Of a stretch of DNA of 64,000 nt, positions 28,130-37,198 are shown piece after piece (within the stretch, counting starts at the first letter, position 1; every line of letters begins with the position of its first letter). Source of the stretch: a virus (lineage: Duplodnaviria; Heunggongvirae; Uroviricota; Caudoviricetes); the IMG/VR virus record IMGVR_UViG_3300033153_006865, positions 1,035 through 65,034 of that record; one strand, 5' to 3'. Position numbers and translations under genes: made by a program. Below the pieces are notes generated by a model. The model ran no database searches, was not told the DNA's origin, and saw only the letters and a program-made list of their open reading frames with translations.

Positions 28130-28365
28130 TAAATTATGGAAAATAGTAGACAACATTACTGGACAGATATAGAGTCGGGGGGTTAGATTTCCTTGCCCTA
28201 AGAAGTATTATGATGTTATGACGAAGATGTGGGAAGACGTAAGACCAAAACTTCTGAAAGGGGGTAATAGATTTGGAACCTTATTAATTTTTGGAACTGG
28301 TGGAGAAATGACTGACGAGAGAAAGGAGAATTTATCTAGTCAACCTTAAATTAAAAACAGAAATC

Positions 28366-28518
28366 ATGGAAAAAGCATGGGTAGTAATATTGAAACAAGG
28401 AAATAAAAGTCAATTTAGTTTCTTTTGTAGAGCTAAGGATGAAGAAGCGGCTAGGGAGTATGCTTTAAAGGTTTACGAAGGTCATTATGTAGTTGGCTCT
28501 TACCTAGACTACGAATAG
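28366..28518 (+). CDS. small hypothetical protein (50 aa)
   Basis: Unlisted ORF in an intergenic gap. Confidence 0.25.
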   Translation: MEKAWVVILKQGNKSQFSFFCRAKDEEAAREYALKVYEGHYVVGSYLDYE

Positions 28519-28538
28519 ACCCACTAAAGAAATAAATT

Positions 28539-28775
28539 ATGGAAGAAGATTTAATAACACTAGAAACAGCCAAGCTGGCGAAGGAAAAGGGGTTTAATGA
28601 AAGGTGCCGCTTTATAATGAGGGACAGTGATTCTATAAAGCCAGACAAACTTTCTGACTTTATAGATAGAGAGTTTACTACTAACTCCGGATGTGCAGAC
28701 AATGATTATGCAATTCCAACCCAACCCCTTTTACAGAAATGGCTAAAACTAAACATGGACTATATGCTTATTTAG
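28539..28775 (+). CDS. hypothetical protein
   Basis: 78-aa ORF. Confidence 0.4.
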   Translation: MEEDLITLETAKLAKEKGFNERCRFIMRDSDSIKPDKLSDFIDREFTTNSGCADNDYAIPTQPLLQKWLKLNMDYMLI

Positions 28776-28939
28776 ATTGGGTAAATCAAGAAGCAATCAT
28801 TGTTGATTATAAAAATCACGAAGGAAAAGTGATGTTTAAAAAGACCCTCTGGGATTTAGTAGTCGATTATGAAACTGATGAAGAGGCTTTAGAAGAGCTA
28901 CTAAAAGAAGCGTTGAAACTCACACCAAAAGAACAATAA
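28739..28939 (+). CDS. hypothetical protein
   Basis: 66-aa ORF. Confidence 0.35.
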   Translation: MAKTKHGLYAYLDWVNQEAIIVDYKNHEGKVMFKKTLWDLVVDYETDEEALEELLKEALKLTPKEQ

Positions 28940-29055
28940 GTTTATTAGATATGGAAAAACAAGGAAGAGATTTAATAATAGGAATGGCAATAGGGATACT
29001 AACTCTAGCTGCCGTTCTTACAGCATTTTATTCTAGCATCTAAATTAACAGTATA

Positions 29056-29287
29056 ATGATAAATCTAAAAAAAAAAATTAAGTCTGATCGAGAGGGAAAT
29101 CAAAATCTTACAATCAGTTGTTGACGATGCAAAGAAGCGTGTTAAGAAAAATCTTGAAAACGACTGGTACGTCAAAGAGAATATAAAGGATTGTTCTATT
29201 AATGGCACTAAGGAAAGTGCGGCTGTCAAAAATCAATTCAAAATGTTTAATTACCAAGTTGGTAAAATCTTGAAATCATATGAGTAG
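29056..29287 (+). CDS. small protein whose reading frame changes at an A11 tract
   Basis: ATG at 29056, then A11 at 29067..29077. The only long ORF (about 70 codons, to 29287) is in the +1 frame and has no start codon of its own. Confidence 0.35.
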
Positions 29288-29510
29288 TATAGAATTTGGC
29301 TTTAGAATAAAGCTGTTAAAGGAACTTTACAGAGAGTTTAATGAGCGAACCAATTGCGCTGGGCTGTGTGAAGCAGCAGAATTTCTTTCTAAACGAGAGT
29401 ACCCTGCCAAGTGTACCTCAGTCAGAATAATACTGATAGGGATTATTGAGGATTTGCAACCAAAAACTTGTTATAAAAACCCGCCCCGAATTCTATTGGA
29501 AACCATATAA
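29280..29510 (+). CDS. hypothetical protein
   Basis: 76-aa ORF. Confidence 0.35.
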   Translation: MSSIEFGFRIKLLKELYREFNERTNCAGLCEAAEFLSKREYPAKCTSVRIILIGIIEDLQPKTCYKNPPRILLETI

Positions 29511-29578
29511 ACGATGGCCCCGTAACAGAGCCATGAAAAAACTAATTAAAAAGTACGAACTTAAGATAAAAACACTCA

Positions 29579-29818
29579 ATGACTGAAGAATCATTAGGGT
29601 ACAGAATACTGCTGAACTTCTGTTGGACTGAGATAGAGGCCGACCTAGACGCTCTAGGGGACGAAGAATTATTAGAGATACACCAAACATGTACCAGAGA
29701 ATTTGCTATCGAGAATAGGCTCTTCTGTGAGTGGTTAGAGTTTACATCTTATTTACGTTCCGAGTTAAAGCAACGAGGACTGTACAAAATTAAAAATAAA
29801 CAACATGGATACATTTAA
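29579..29818 (+). CDS. hypothetical protein
   Basis: 79-aa ORF. Confidence 0.4.
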   Translation: MTEESLGYRILLNFCWTEIEADLDALGDEELLEIHQTCTREFAIENRLFCEWLEFTSYLRSELKQRGLYKIKNKQHGYI

Positions 29819-30338
29819 CTATTTAATAATCGCACTGGTAATTTGCCTTATAGCTTTAGGAATTTTGCTACACAGAATCCGGAAAACTGGTAAAAAAGAG
29901 AAGAAGTTAATGCCAATTGAATTAACTATGTATGAGAAAGCATGGATTAAGTTCTCAAAAGGTCATTTCAAGGATATGTTGAGAACTGATGCCAGCAGCT
30001 GGGTAGAGTCAGCAAAACCACTATTTAAACAGATTTATGGATGGGATCCAGACGAGGGTAATAATATGAAGGATTTTAGATCGTGCCTGTTTAATAAGTT
30101 ATACTCAATACATTATAAGATAGCCGAGGGTGCTTGGTCTAGGGAAAGAGTTACCCTAGATGTATTTAAACAAGCCTTTAGTCACACTGAACGCAGAGAT
30201 TATGATCTACCAATAGAACGGGCCATTGCTGAATTATTAGGGGAGATCAAATGTAATACAGTAATTGAGGATGGATTTCATAGATACAACCTAGACCTTA
30301 CTGATGAGGAGATGAGTAAGCTAATTCCTGTCAACTAA
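29805..30338 (+). CDS. membrane-anchored hypothetical protein
   Basis: N-terminal TM helix. Confidence 0.45.
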   Translation: MDTFNYLIIALVICLIALGILLHRIRKTGKKEKKLMPIELTMYEKAWIKFSKGHFKDMLRTDASSWVESAKPLFKQIYGWDPDEGNNMKDFRSCLFNKLYSIHYKIAEGAWSRERVTLDVFKQAFSHTERRDYDLPIERAIAELLGEIKCNTVIEDGFHRYNLDLTDEEMSKLIPVN

Positions 30339-30706
30339 CTTAATTTATTCTGTTTTCTCTTCTTGATTAACCCCAACCCCCAAAAAATATAGAATGGAAC
30401 TATTAAAATCAAACAAGATAATACTGTTATAAAACTTAGCGCCAAAAATGCAACTACAAGCTTTGCCGGTCTATAGCTTTCGTTTTTATCCTTTAGATAA
30501 GAGTCATAACAATGATTTATCCCATCCAATGGATAGAAAGTTGCATCAACAATAAATTGCATAACTAGCCAGTACAGTACTACTTTTGTATCCGGGCTAC
30601 TTGCAAAGTATCCAATCCTACCAGATATTGTTGCATCTGGATTTCCTCCTGCTATAGCATTGCCAAGCTGGTCAATTGCTATAAGTACTCTTTTTAAATA
30701 GCTCAT
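30335..30706 (-). CDS. membrane protein with GGxPDxTIS motif (lone opposite-strand gene)
   Basis: RVLIAIDQLGNAIAGGNPDATISGRIGY plus two C-terminal TM helices. It is the only - strand gene inside the + block, with 4-nt convergent stop overlap. Confidence 0.5.
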   Translation of the reverse strand: MSYLKRVLIAIDQLGNAIAGGNPDATISGRIGYFASSPDTKVVLYWLVMQFIVDATFYPLDGINHCYDSYLKDKNESYRPAKLVVAFLALSFITVLSCLILIVPFYIFWGLGLIKKRKQNKLS

Positions 30707-30879
30707 AATATTTCTCTTAAACTGTGTTAGTAGTGGCTGGATTGTAAATGTACACCAAAATTTTAAACCTGACAAATACATTGATTATTATACCCTAAAA
30801 GATTTAAATCGATAATATATTTGTTTAGTATGATAATCATCACTACATTTGCAGGACATAACCAATAAAACAATAAACT

Positions 30880-31344
30880 ATGAAAAATTTAATCGTTGTC
30901 TTAATACTCTTGACAAGTCTATTAGGATCAGCCCAACAATATTTCGACCAAAAACCAGATTTTTTAGGTATAGAGGTATTAGTAATCACCACTGGCGACA
31001 CCTCAGACAATTATTACTCAGAAATTGCTTGGCCTATCGGGGATTCTAGTTTTATACATACACATTATAATAATGTGGTCTGTATGACTAGGTCAGAGAG
31101 TGGAGAGAGCGTTAATAGGTTTCTTATAATTGAAGGATACGGCAGTGAGTTTTATTTTGCACACACCCACACTTGGTCCACCTGTACTGTATTGCCTGAT
31201 TGTAGAGAAGGAATTATAACCGACCCAGAGGAAGTATATGGCACAATAGAATTAGACTATAGAGATATGGAAATTCGAGTGACATACTTCTGGAAAAGAG
31301 GTACAGAAGTCAAAGTATTTCCTATACTTAAAATTTTTATTTAG
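30880..31344 (+). CDS. secreted hypothetical protein
   Basis: Signal peptide MKNLIVVLILLTSLLGSAQQ. Confidence 0.5.
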   Translation: MKNLIVVLILLTSLLGSAQQYFDQKPDFLGIEVLVITTGDTSDNYYSEIAWPIGDSSFIHTHYNNVVCMTRSESGESVNRFLIIEGYGSEFYFAHTHTWSTCTVLPDCREGIITDPEEVYGTIELDYRDMEIRVTYFWKRGTEVKVFPILKIFI

Positions 31345-31405
31345 TTTCTCTTGCACAATTGAGAATTAATATTTATGTTTGCAGCCAACTAAAGAAATTT
31401 AAATC

Positions 31406-31612
31406 ATGAAAACAGAAGATCGTATTTTAGTTAAGATACTTACAATTTTAGGGCTTATATTTGGGGTGTTTGTAGGAGCACTTTTTATAGCAAAGGCACC
31501 TGGCCCATTTAAAATATCTGGTGCAGCAATAGCCATAATATGTATTTGGGGTTCCATAAAAGTTATGAGAGCCATTAGTAAAAATAGAAAACAAAACAAA
31601 AAACAACAGTAA
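31406..31612 (+). CDS. two-TM small membrane protein
   Basis: 68 aa, two hydrophobic helices, basic tail. Confidence 0.45.
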   Translation: MKTEDRILVKILTILGLIFGVFVGALFIAKAPGPFKISGAAIAIICIWGSIKVMRAISKNRKQNKKQQ

Positions 31613-31613
31613 A

Positions 31614-32435
31614 ATGAAAAGATTTATTTATCTATTATCAGCAATCTTAATGATTGGAATGACAACAACATCATGTACAACGGTAGAACCTGGTGACGAG
31701 GGATTTTACAATTATTACTCCGCTGGAGTTGACACCGCTGTCACTGAGACAAACGGAACACACTGGCATGCACCTTGGACCGACATGATTACAATGTCAG
31801 TTAGACAAGAAGCTATCGACTATGACAACGCTGGGCTAAAAGATGCCGATGGTGTTAAATTAACAGTTGATTATAGCGCAGGTATTCGAGCTATAAAAGG
31901 AAAGACTCCTCAATTATACTTATTACATGGTGACACCTATGTCGATGGATTTGTTCAAGCTAAAGTAACATCAGCAGTTAAAGATGTTTTTGGTAAATAT
32001 AGTTATGTAGATATTCTTGGGGCAAAAAGAGATATAGTTGAAGATGAAATTGAAGCACTTATATCAATTGAATTTGAAGGTAATTTTATTACTCTTGACT
32101 ATGTAGAAATTATGGATATACAACTTCCTAACTCTATACAAGATCAAATTACAGCAAAAGAAACACAGGAACAAAGAAATCTTACAGCTGAAAAGAAGAA
32201 AGCTGAAGAGGGTTTTTTAGCGGATGCTCGAATCGAAAAATCGAGAGGGGACTCTTCATTGGTAGTGTCTGCACGTTTTGAGGCAGAAGCTATTGAAGAA
32301 ATTAGTAAACAAATTGCTAAGTCTCCTTCATATATTGAATATATCAAATGGGCAGGATTTGCTGATGGAAAAGGTTCGCCTTTTGGGGAAAATAATGTTT
32401 TCGGTACTGCAGGTATCTTGAAACAGATAAAATAA
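31614..32435 (+). CDS. SPFH (band-7/HflC-like) domain lipoprotein
   Basis: Lipobox ...TTTSC plus SPFH signature (VEPGDEG, VDYSAGIRAI, DIQLPNSIQDQITAKE, Glu/Ala-rich coiled tail). Confidence 0.65.
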   Translation: MKRFIYLLSAILMIGMTTTSCTTVEPGDEGFYNYYSAGVDTAVTETNGTHWHAPWTDMITMSVRQEAIDYDNAGLKDADGVKLTVDYSAGIRAIKGKTPQLYLLHGDTYVDGFVQAKVTSAVKDVFGKYSYVDILGAKRDIVEDEIEALISIEFEGNFITLDYVEIMDIQLPNSIQDQITAKETQEQRNLTAEKKKAEEGFLADARIEKSRGDSSLVVSARFEAEAIEEISKQIAKSPSYIEYIKWAGFADGKGSPFGENNVFGTAGILKQIK

Positions 32436-32457
32436 AACATAGTACATATATTAATTT

Positions 32458-32490
32458 AAAGCCATCTCATAACGGGATGGCTTTCTTTTA
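32458..32490 (+). terminator. rho-independent terminator
   Basis: gccatc-(9 nt)-gatggc followed by tttcttttt. Confidence 0.7.
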
Positions 32491-32522
32491 CCTACTAATT
32501 ATTCAATTTTTTAAGAGATTGT

Positions 32523-32927
32523 TTGGATTTATTAGAAATAATAAGTATATTTGAAAATATGACTTACAAAAAAGTACCAAAAATTAAAAGGGATGAGGGT
32601 GGAAGCTATCCCATGACAATTATGCAACAGGCCAATGCAGCTCCAAAGATGGAGGAAGGGTTATACATGATTGCTACAGAAGCTAACCATCAAATGGGAG
32701 AGTTACACAGAGAGTTCGGAGAAATGAGTGTGGAAAACCTTTGTTTTGTAACAAAAGAGACCGAAGATCATTACATTGGAGCATGGATTACTGGATATGG
32801 TTTCTTTAATGTAATGTACCCTAAAAAATCCACTAGAAGATTGACCAAAGAAGAGGTGGAGTATTTTAGAACAAAGAGCGTACGATTGGCTAATTACACT
32901 CCTGTCCAACTAAAAGATGTTAAGTGA
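32523..32927 (+). CDS. hypothetical protein
   Basis: 134-aa ORF. Confidence 0.45.
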   Translation: MDLLEIISIFENMTYKKVPKIKRDEGGSYPMTIMQQANAAPKMEEGLYMIATEANHQMGELHREFGEMSVENLCFVTKETEDHYIGAWITGYGFFNVMYPKKSTRRLTKEEVEYFRTKSVRLANYTPVQLKDVK

Positions 32928-33409
32928 CCACTAAAATTCAGCAGATGAAAATAAATAATGTAGTCGAATTTGTAAAATTCATTGAAGGGTTAGGATTTCA
33001 TTCAGATACGAAAATGAGGTCGTATAGAAATACAGATAAAGGCCTCCGTATATTAATTACCAATCTAAGTTTCAAAGTTTTTGGGAATGGCGTTAAATAT
33101 TTTGGAGAAATATCTTTCATGTCTATGAGCATTGTTGAAAATAAAGAGGTGATTGAAAAGGTATTAGACACAATGGAGCATCACACAAATGTATTAACTA
33201 ACAACAGCCTTGGTAAAATTACACTAGAAGAATATTTAATTGATGTCGGAATAAGAGCATCAGACAACGGCCACGTCATTTACAATGAAGAACGTGAACT
33301 ACTTAAAGATAATGTTGAATATTTTTCAAAGTGTCATAAAACAGGACTAAGTGCATGCAAAGCCCTTCTATTCTTCGGGGACTATTTAAAAGGAGATTAT
33401 AATATTTAA
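32924..33409 (+). CDS. hypothetical protein
   Basis: 161-aa ORF. Confidence 0.45.
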   Translation: MTTKIQQMKINNVVEFVKFIEGLGFHSDTKMRSYRNTDKGLRILITNLSFKVFGNGVKYFGEISFMSMSIVENKEVIEKVLDTMEHHTNVLTNNSLGKITLEEYLIDVGIRASDNGHVIYNEERELLKDNVEYFSKCHKTGLSACKALLFFGDYLKGDYNI

Positions 33410-33418
33410 AAATTTACT

Positions 33419-33601
33419 ATGAAAATTAAATGCCCACATTGCCTCGCTGAAAACTCATTGGGTGCTTCAGACTTCTTAAATGAATTTGTACCCCATGCGG
33501 AAATATTAAATATCCAGGTTGTTTGTTCAAGCTGTGGTGAAGAAATTCACACAATTGATGTTGCACTAGATTTTGAATTGAAAGAATTAATTGTAGATTA
33601 A
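33419..33601 (+). CDS. zinc-ribbon protein
   Basis: CPHC...CSSCG. Confidence 0.4.
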   Translation: MKIKCPHCLAENSLGASDFLNEFVPHAEILNIQVVCSSCGEEIHTIDVALDFELKELIVD

Positions 33602-33692
33602 ATCCACGAGTATGACAACAGACGAAATGCTTGGCAATGGTTGGAATATTGACACTATTGTACATATCCTAAGCAGTATTAATAAGTGAACT

Positions 33693-33875
33693 ATGGAGAA
33701 AGAAAAGAAGATAGAAATCGGAGATTGGTATGAGGTATGCAGTGTTCACATTGCTCCAGATATCTATTCCTGCTCCTCTTATAAAATAGAGACAGAAGAG
33801 GATATCAAACGGTTGGAAGGCCTTAAGACATCAAAGCGACACAAGTTTAAACTAATAGAAAATCCAAATGAGTGA
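33693..33875 (+). CDS. hypothetical protein
   Basis: 60-aa ORF. Confidence 0.3.
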   Translation: MEKEKKIEIGDWYEVCSVHIAPDIYSCSSYKIETEEDIKRLEGLKTSKRHKFKLIENPNE

Positions 33876-34209
33876 CATAAAGAATAAATTCGTGATAACG
33901 CAAGATAAGAAATTGATCATCGGTAGGTGTATATTTCACAAGGAATTGGATGAAAACCCAGTAGGTGGAGGTTCATGGTACTACGAAAGTGAGACCAACC
34001 GTTTATTTCTGTGGGGTAAAAGTCAGGACTTTGGACGAGTTACTCAACAGGAGGTCAATAAATCTGAATTGCAAGGTTCGATAGGGAGATCAGATCCACC
34101 AGTAGAGATTGTGTTCGAACAGGATGAAAATCTGGAAGCATATGAAGTATTACACAGTCATATGAGTTACAAAGTTGCTACAATTGCATGCCAATGTGGT
34201 TTTCTATAG
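33868..34209 (+). CDS. hypothetical protein
   Basis: 113-aa ORF. Confidence 0.4.
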   Translation: MSDIKNKFVITQDKKLIIGRCIFHKELDENPVGGGSWYYESETNRLFLWGKSQDFGRVTQQEVNKSELQGSIGRSDPPVEIVFEQDENLEAYEVLHSHMSYKVATIACQCGFL

Positions 34210-34213
34210 GATT

Positions 34214-34834
34214 ATGGACTATAATGAAACATACATACAATGCGCTTTTTCACAGGTACTTAAAAGCCTTCAAAGCGGAGCTCCTATGAAGGAAGCCTTT
34301 AAGGAGCTGCAGATTAGTCCCAATGGTCTCAAGTCCCGTCTTACCGATTCACAAAACCAAACCTTAAAAGAAGTCTCAGTTAGAATTCTTTGTAGAAAGG
34401 TGGAGTTTTTTGGTAAAACTCTTGGAGTAACAGAGATTTGTAGGGCTATAGGCTATAGTGAGGAACGGACTAAATGGGTAATTACTAGGCTTGATAAAGG
34501 GGTATTATTTAGAGAAATTGTCAAAACAAGCCCCCACCGAGGTGGTAGAAGAAGGACTTTAACAGATGCCGAGAAGCAAACACTCTTAACTCAGATGAAA
34601 GCTGGGATGAGTGTGATAGAAATGGTAGACAAGACTTCAATACCCCTCCGTACCATTAATAGAGAGTGGAATGATATTGTAAAACTTTGGAGAACTGACA
34701 CTCCAGTCAATGAACTTGATAGCAGAACAATCGTATGGCCTTCTCTCACACTTTATCCCCATGAAGGACTATGTAAACTTGAGAAAGATTTATTCATCAA
34801 TAAGGTATTTTTGGATCTGCCATACCACAAATAA
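34214..34834 (+). CDS. HTH-containing putative DNA-binding protein
   Basis: Internal start chosen to avoid overlap. Arg-rich HTH-like segments (SPHRGGRRRTLTDAEKQTLLTQMKAGMSVIEM). Confidence 0.4.
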   Translation: MDYNETYIQCAFSQVLKSLQSGAPMKEAFKELQISPNGLKSRLTDSQNQTLKEVSVRILCRKVEFFGKTLGVTEICRAIGYSEERTKWVITRLDKGVLFREIVKTSPHRGGRRRTLTDAEKQTLLTQMKAGMSVIEMVDKTSIPLRTINREWNDIVKLWRTDTPVNELDSRTIVWPSLTLYPHEGLCKLEKDLFINKVFLDLPYHK

Positions 34835-34845
34835 AAACAAATTAT

Positions 34846-35424
34846 ATGCACTTAAAATCAGTCTGTATTATAAAAGATGATCACTGTTATTTTGACAAAG
34901 GGTTTGAAATAAAAGATCTACAAAATATCACATTATTAGTAGGTGACCAAGGCTGTGGTAAGTCTTCTTTGTTGGGAATGCTAAGGAAGAATGAGGGATT
35001 GTCTGTAAAAATGTACCACAATAATACTGTCAGTAGTATGTTTTTTGACTTTGAGCATATGAATCCAAGGGTTATACCAAGCCACGAACTTGCAAATCCA
35101 GACGGGTCCAGTCGATTATTTGGTGTTGGGGAGAAACTACTCTCTAAATGGAAATCACATGGAGAGACTTTAAAATACTACTCAGTAGACAATTTAAGGA
35201 GGATGAAAGATTCAGTGGTATTATTTGATGAGCCCGAGAGTTCCCTTTCATTAAGAAGTCAGTACGAGCTGATAAAATCATGTAATATTGCGATAGAGAA
35301 TAATTGCCAGTTAATTATAGCCACTCACTGTCTTCCTTTAATAGCATCACAAGAACAAGTGTATTCAATGGAACACAAGGAATGGATGAAATCAAAAGAT
35401 TTTATAAAAACTCAAAAACTTTAG
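34846..35424 (+). CDS. ABC/SMC-type ATPase (AAA_21-like), minimal
   Basis: Walker A GDQGCGKSS, Walker B VVLFDEPESSLS, switch ATH. Confidence 0.55.
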   Translation: MHLKSVCIIKDDHCYFDKGFEIKDLQNITLLVGDQGCGKSSLLGMLRKNEGLSVKMYHNNTVSSMFFDFEHMNPRVIPSHELANPDGSSRLFGVGEKLLSKWKSHGETLKYYSVDNLRRMKDSVVLFDEPESSLSLRSQYELIKSCNIAIENNCQLIIATHCLPLIASQEQVYSMEHKEWMKSKDFIKTQKL

Positions 35425-35425
35425 C

Positions 35426-35824
35426 ATGGAAAATTTATTACTAGTACTTAGTATGATAGTGTTGGCTGTTTTAAGTGGAATGTTCGATGCAGTCTGTGAT
35501 ACTCTTATGCACCACTTCAATATATCTATTTTTAGTGGTAAAAGTAACTGGTGGAATCCTAAAGAATCGTGGAAATATAAATATAAACTCGATGATCCTA
35601 AAAACGGATCAAGGTTTCCGGGATCTACTACGGTCCTAGTCTTTACCACCGATGCATGGCATTTCTTTAAGTTTCTCAGAAAGACATGCGTGGAAACTGC
35701 TATGATGTTGCCACTGACACTTGTGTGGCCCTGGTGGACAGTTTTAGTAGGAGTTTTGGTGTTTAAAATTTGTTATGGAGCAGGCTTTCAACCCCTATAT
35801 AACAACTGGCTAATCAAGAGGTAA
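35426..35824 (+). CDS. membrane protein
   Basis: Several hydrophobic helices. Confidence 0.45.
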   Translation: MENLLLVLSMIVLAVLSGMFDAVCDTLMHHFNISIFSGKSNWWNPKESWKYKYKLDDPKNGSRFPGSTTVLVFTTDAWHFFKFLRKTCVETAMMLPLTLVWPWWTVLVGVLVFKICYGAGFQPLYNNWLIKR

Positions 35825-35956
35825 ACACTAAAAGATAACTATCGCACAACACGTTAAACTAATTCACGTCCGACATGCTGGGCTAATTTTCATATCCAGT
35901 TACTTACATAAAAGCTAAACAACTGGATATAAATAACATTTTAAAGCAATTTAACT

Positions 35957-36175
35957 ATGACAGTAAAGGAGGTAAAAATAGATGTAGAGTATATGTTTAA
36001 AAATAATATAGTTAAGACCGTGAAGAGGATTAGGAATAACCGAAAGGAGAAATGGCACTACGGATTTGGAACTAAACACCAAAAAATTCAACATAGAAAA
36101 GAGACTACTTTCCTACTAAATAATGGAATTGAAGTTTTTGCTAAAGAACTTAGTGTTACTACCCAGTTAATTTAA
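35957..36175 (+). CDS. hypothetical protein
   Basis: 72-aa ORF. Confidence 0.35.
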   Translation: MTVKEVKIDVEYMFKNNIVKTVKRIRNNRKEKWHYGFGTKHQKIQHRKETTFLLNNGIEVFAKELSVTTQLI

Positions 36176-36256
36176 CTAGTCAACAAAATAAGAAATAATA
36201 AAACTAATAGAGTAGAAACATAGTATCTGAAGAACAATTACAATAAAACATTAGTT

Positions 36257-36472
36257 ATGAGTACAACATTTGGAATAACAGTTCCCTCATCATATAATGA
36301 GGGAGAAACAGAAATAGTAGAAGTCGCTTTTAGAAGTGGGGGTATCCGGTGGAAAAATCCTTTGGCACAACTTTTACCTGATGATACTAAGGTAGAACCA
36401 TTAAATAATTCAGCGCAGGGGATTCATACTATTGGCGATATTAAAAAAGTAATTAATTCACAAAAACGTTAG
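36257..36472 (+). CDS. hypothetical protein
   Basis: 71-aa ORF. Confidence 0.35.
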   Translation: MSTTFGITVPSSYNEGETEIVEVAFRSGGIRWKNPLAQLLPDDTKVEPLNNSAQGIHTIGDIKKVINSQKR

Positions 36473-36474
36473 TT

Positions 36475-36726
36475 ATGAAGCTATTTAAAAAGAAAAAGAA
36501 CTATGGTTATTATTTTCAATATAATGGAGAGCTACAAAGAGTTGATGCCGATTCGATGCAGGAAGCTGTTGACATTATTTTTTGGCAATGGTTTTTGCGT
36601 GGGGCAAAACACACTATTATATATGAAAGTGGTAATGATCCGAATGGACTAATTGGAGACCATGAGCTAAAACACAATCGTAAATTCTTCCAACCGAGAA
36701 TTAAAGTAGAATTAATTACAAATTAA
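36475..36726 (+). CDS. hypothetical protein
   Basis: 83-aa ORF. Confidence 0.4.
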   Translation: MKLFKKKKNYGYYFQYNGELQRVDADSMQEAVDIIFWQWFLRGAKHTIIYESGNDPNGLIGDHELKHNRKFFQPRIKVELITN

Positions 36727-36745
36727 ACGTTAGTAAAATTAGACT

Positions 36746-36934
36746 ATGTCAGACTACTATGAAAGTGAAATTGAACCAATGTTTGGAAGGGGGTTTCTTG
36801 ATGATAATGAAAAGCACAGCCAACCTAAAAGTAGTGGAACAAGAGTATATTACAGCTGTAAAGTATGTGGTAAAGATGGTAGAATTGAGAAAGAGTGTTG
36901 CGGAGAGGTAAGAATTAAGTGCTACGATCTCTAA
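36746..36934 (+). CDS. zinc-ribbon protein
   Basis: CKVCGKDG...CCGE. Confidence 0.4.
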   Translation: MSDYYESEIEPMFGRGFLDDNEKHSQPKSSGTRVYYSCKVCGKDGRIEKECCGEVRIKCYDL

Positions 36935-37009
36935 TTAAACTGAATACTCTATAAATAGTAAAATATTTTAAAACTTTTCCTGAAATCGTATTGTTGGTTT
37001 CAGGAATTT

Positions 37010-37198
37010 TTGTATATTAGCGAAATGAAAGACGTACCGGAAAAAGATAGAAGATATTCCCTCAGAATGACACTTATGGGAAAGCAAGAGTTTTTAATAA
37101 ATTCTAAATCCTACCCGTATTGCCTAATGGTAAGAAAAGATAAAGAAAACCTAATCCAATTTAAAGATGCCTCGTTCGAAATTGTGAGGGTTTTATAA
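37010..37198 (+). CDS. hypothetical protein
   Basis: 62-aa ORF. Confidence 0.3.
   Translation: MYISEMKDVPEKDRRYSLRMTLMGKQEFLINSKSYPYCLMVRKDKENLIQFKDASFEIVRVL

Noticed and set aside
28190-28330. 43-aa ORF MTKMWEDVRPKLLKGGNRFGTLLIFGTGGEMTDERK resembling a gene fragment
   Set aside because: Too short with no diagnostic motif. It could be a remnant of a decayed gene. Not called.
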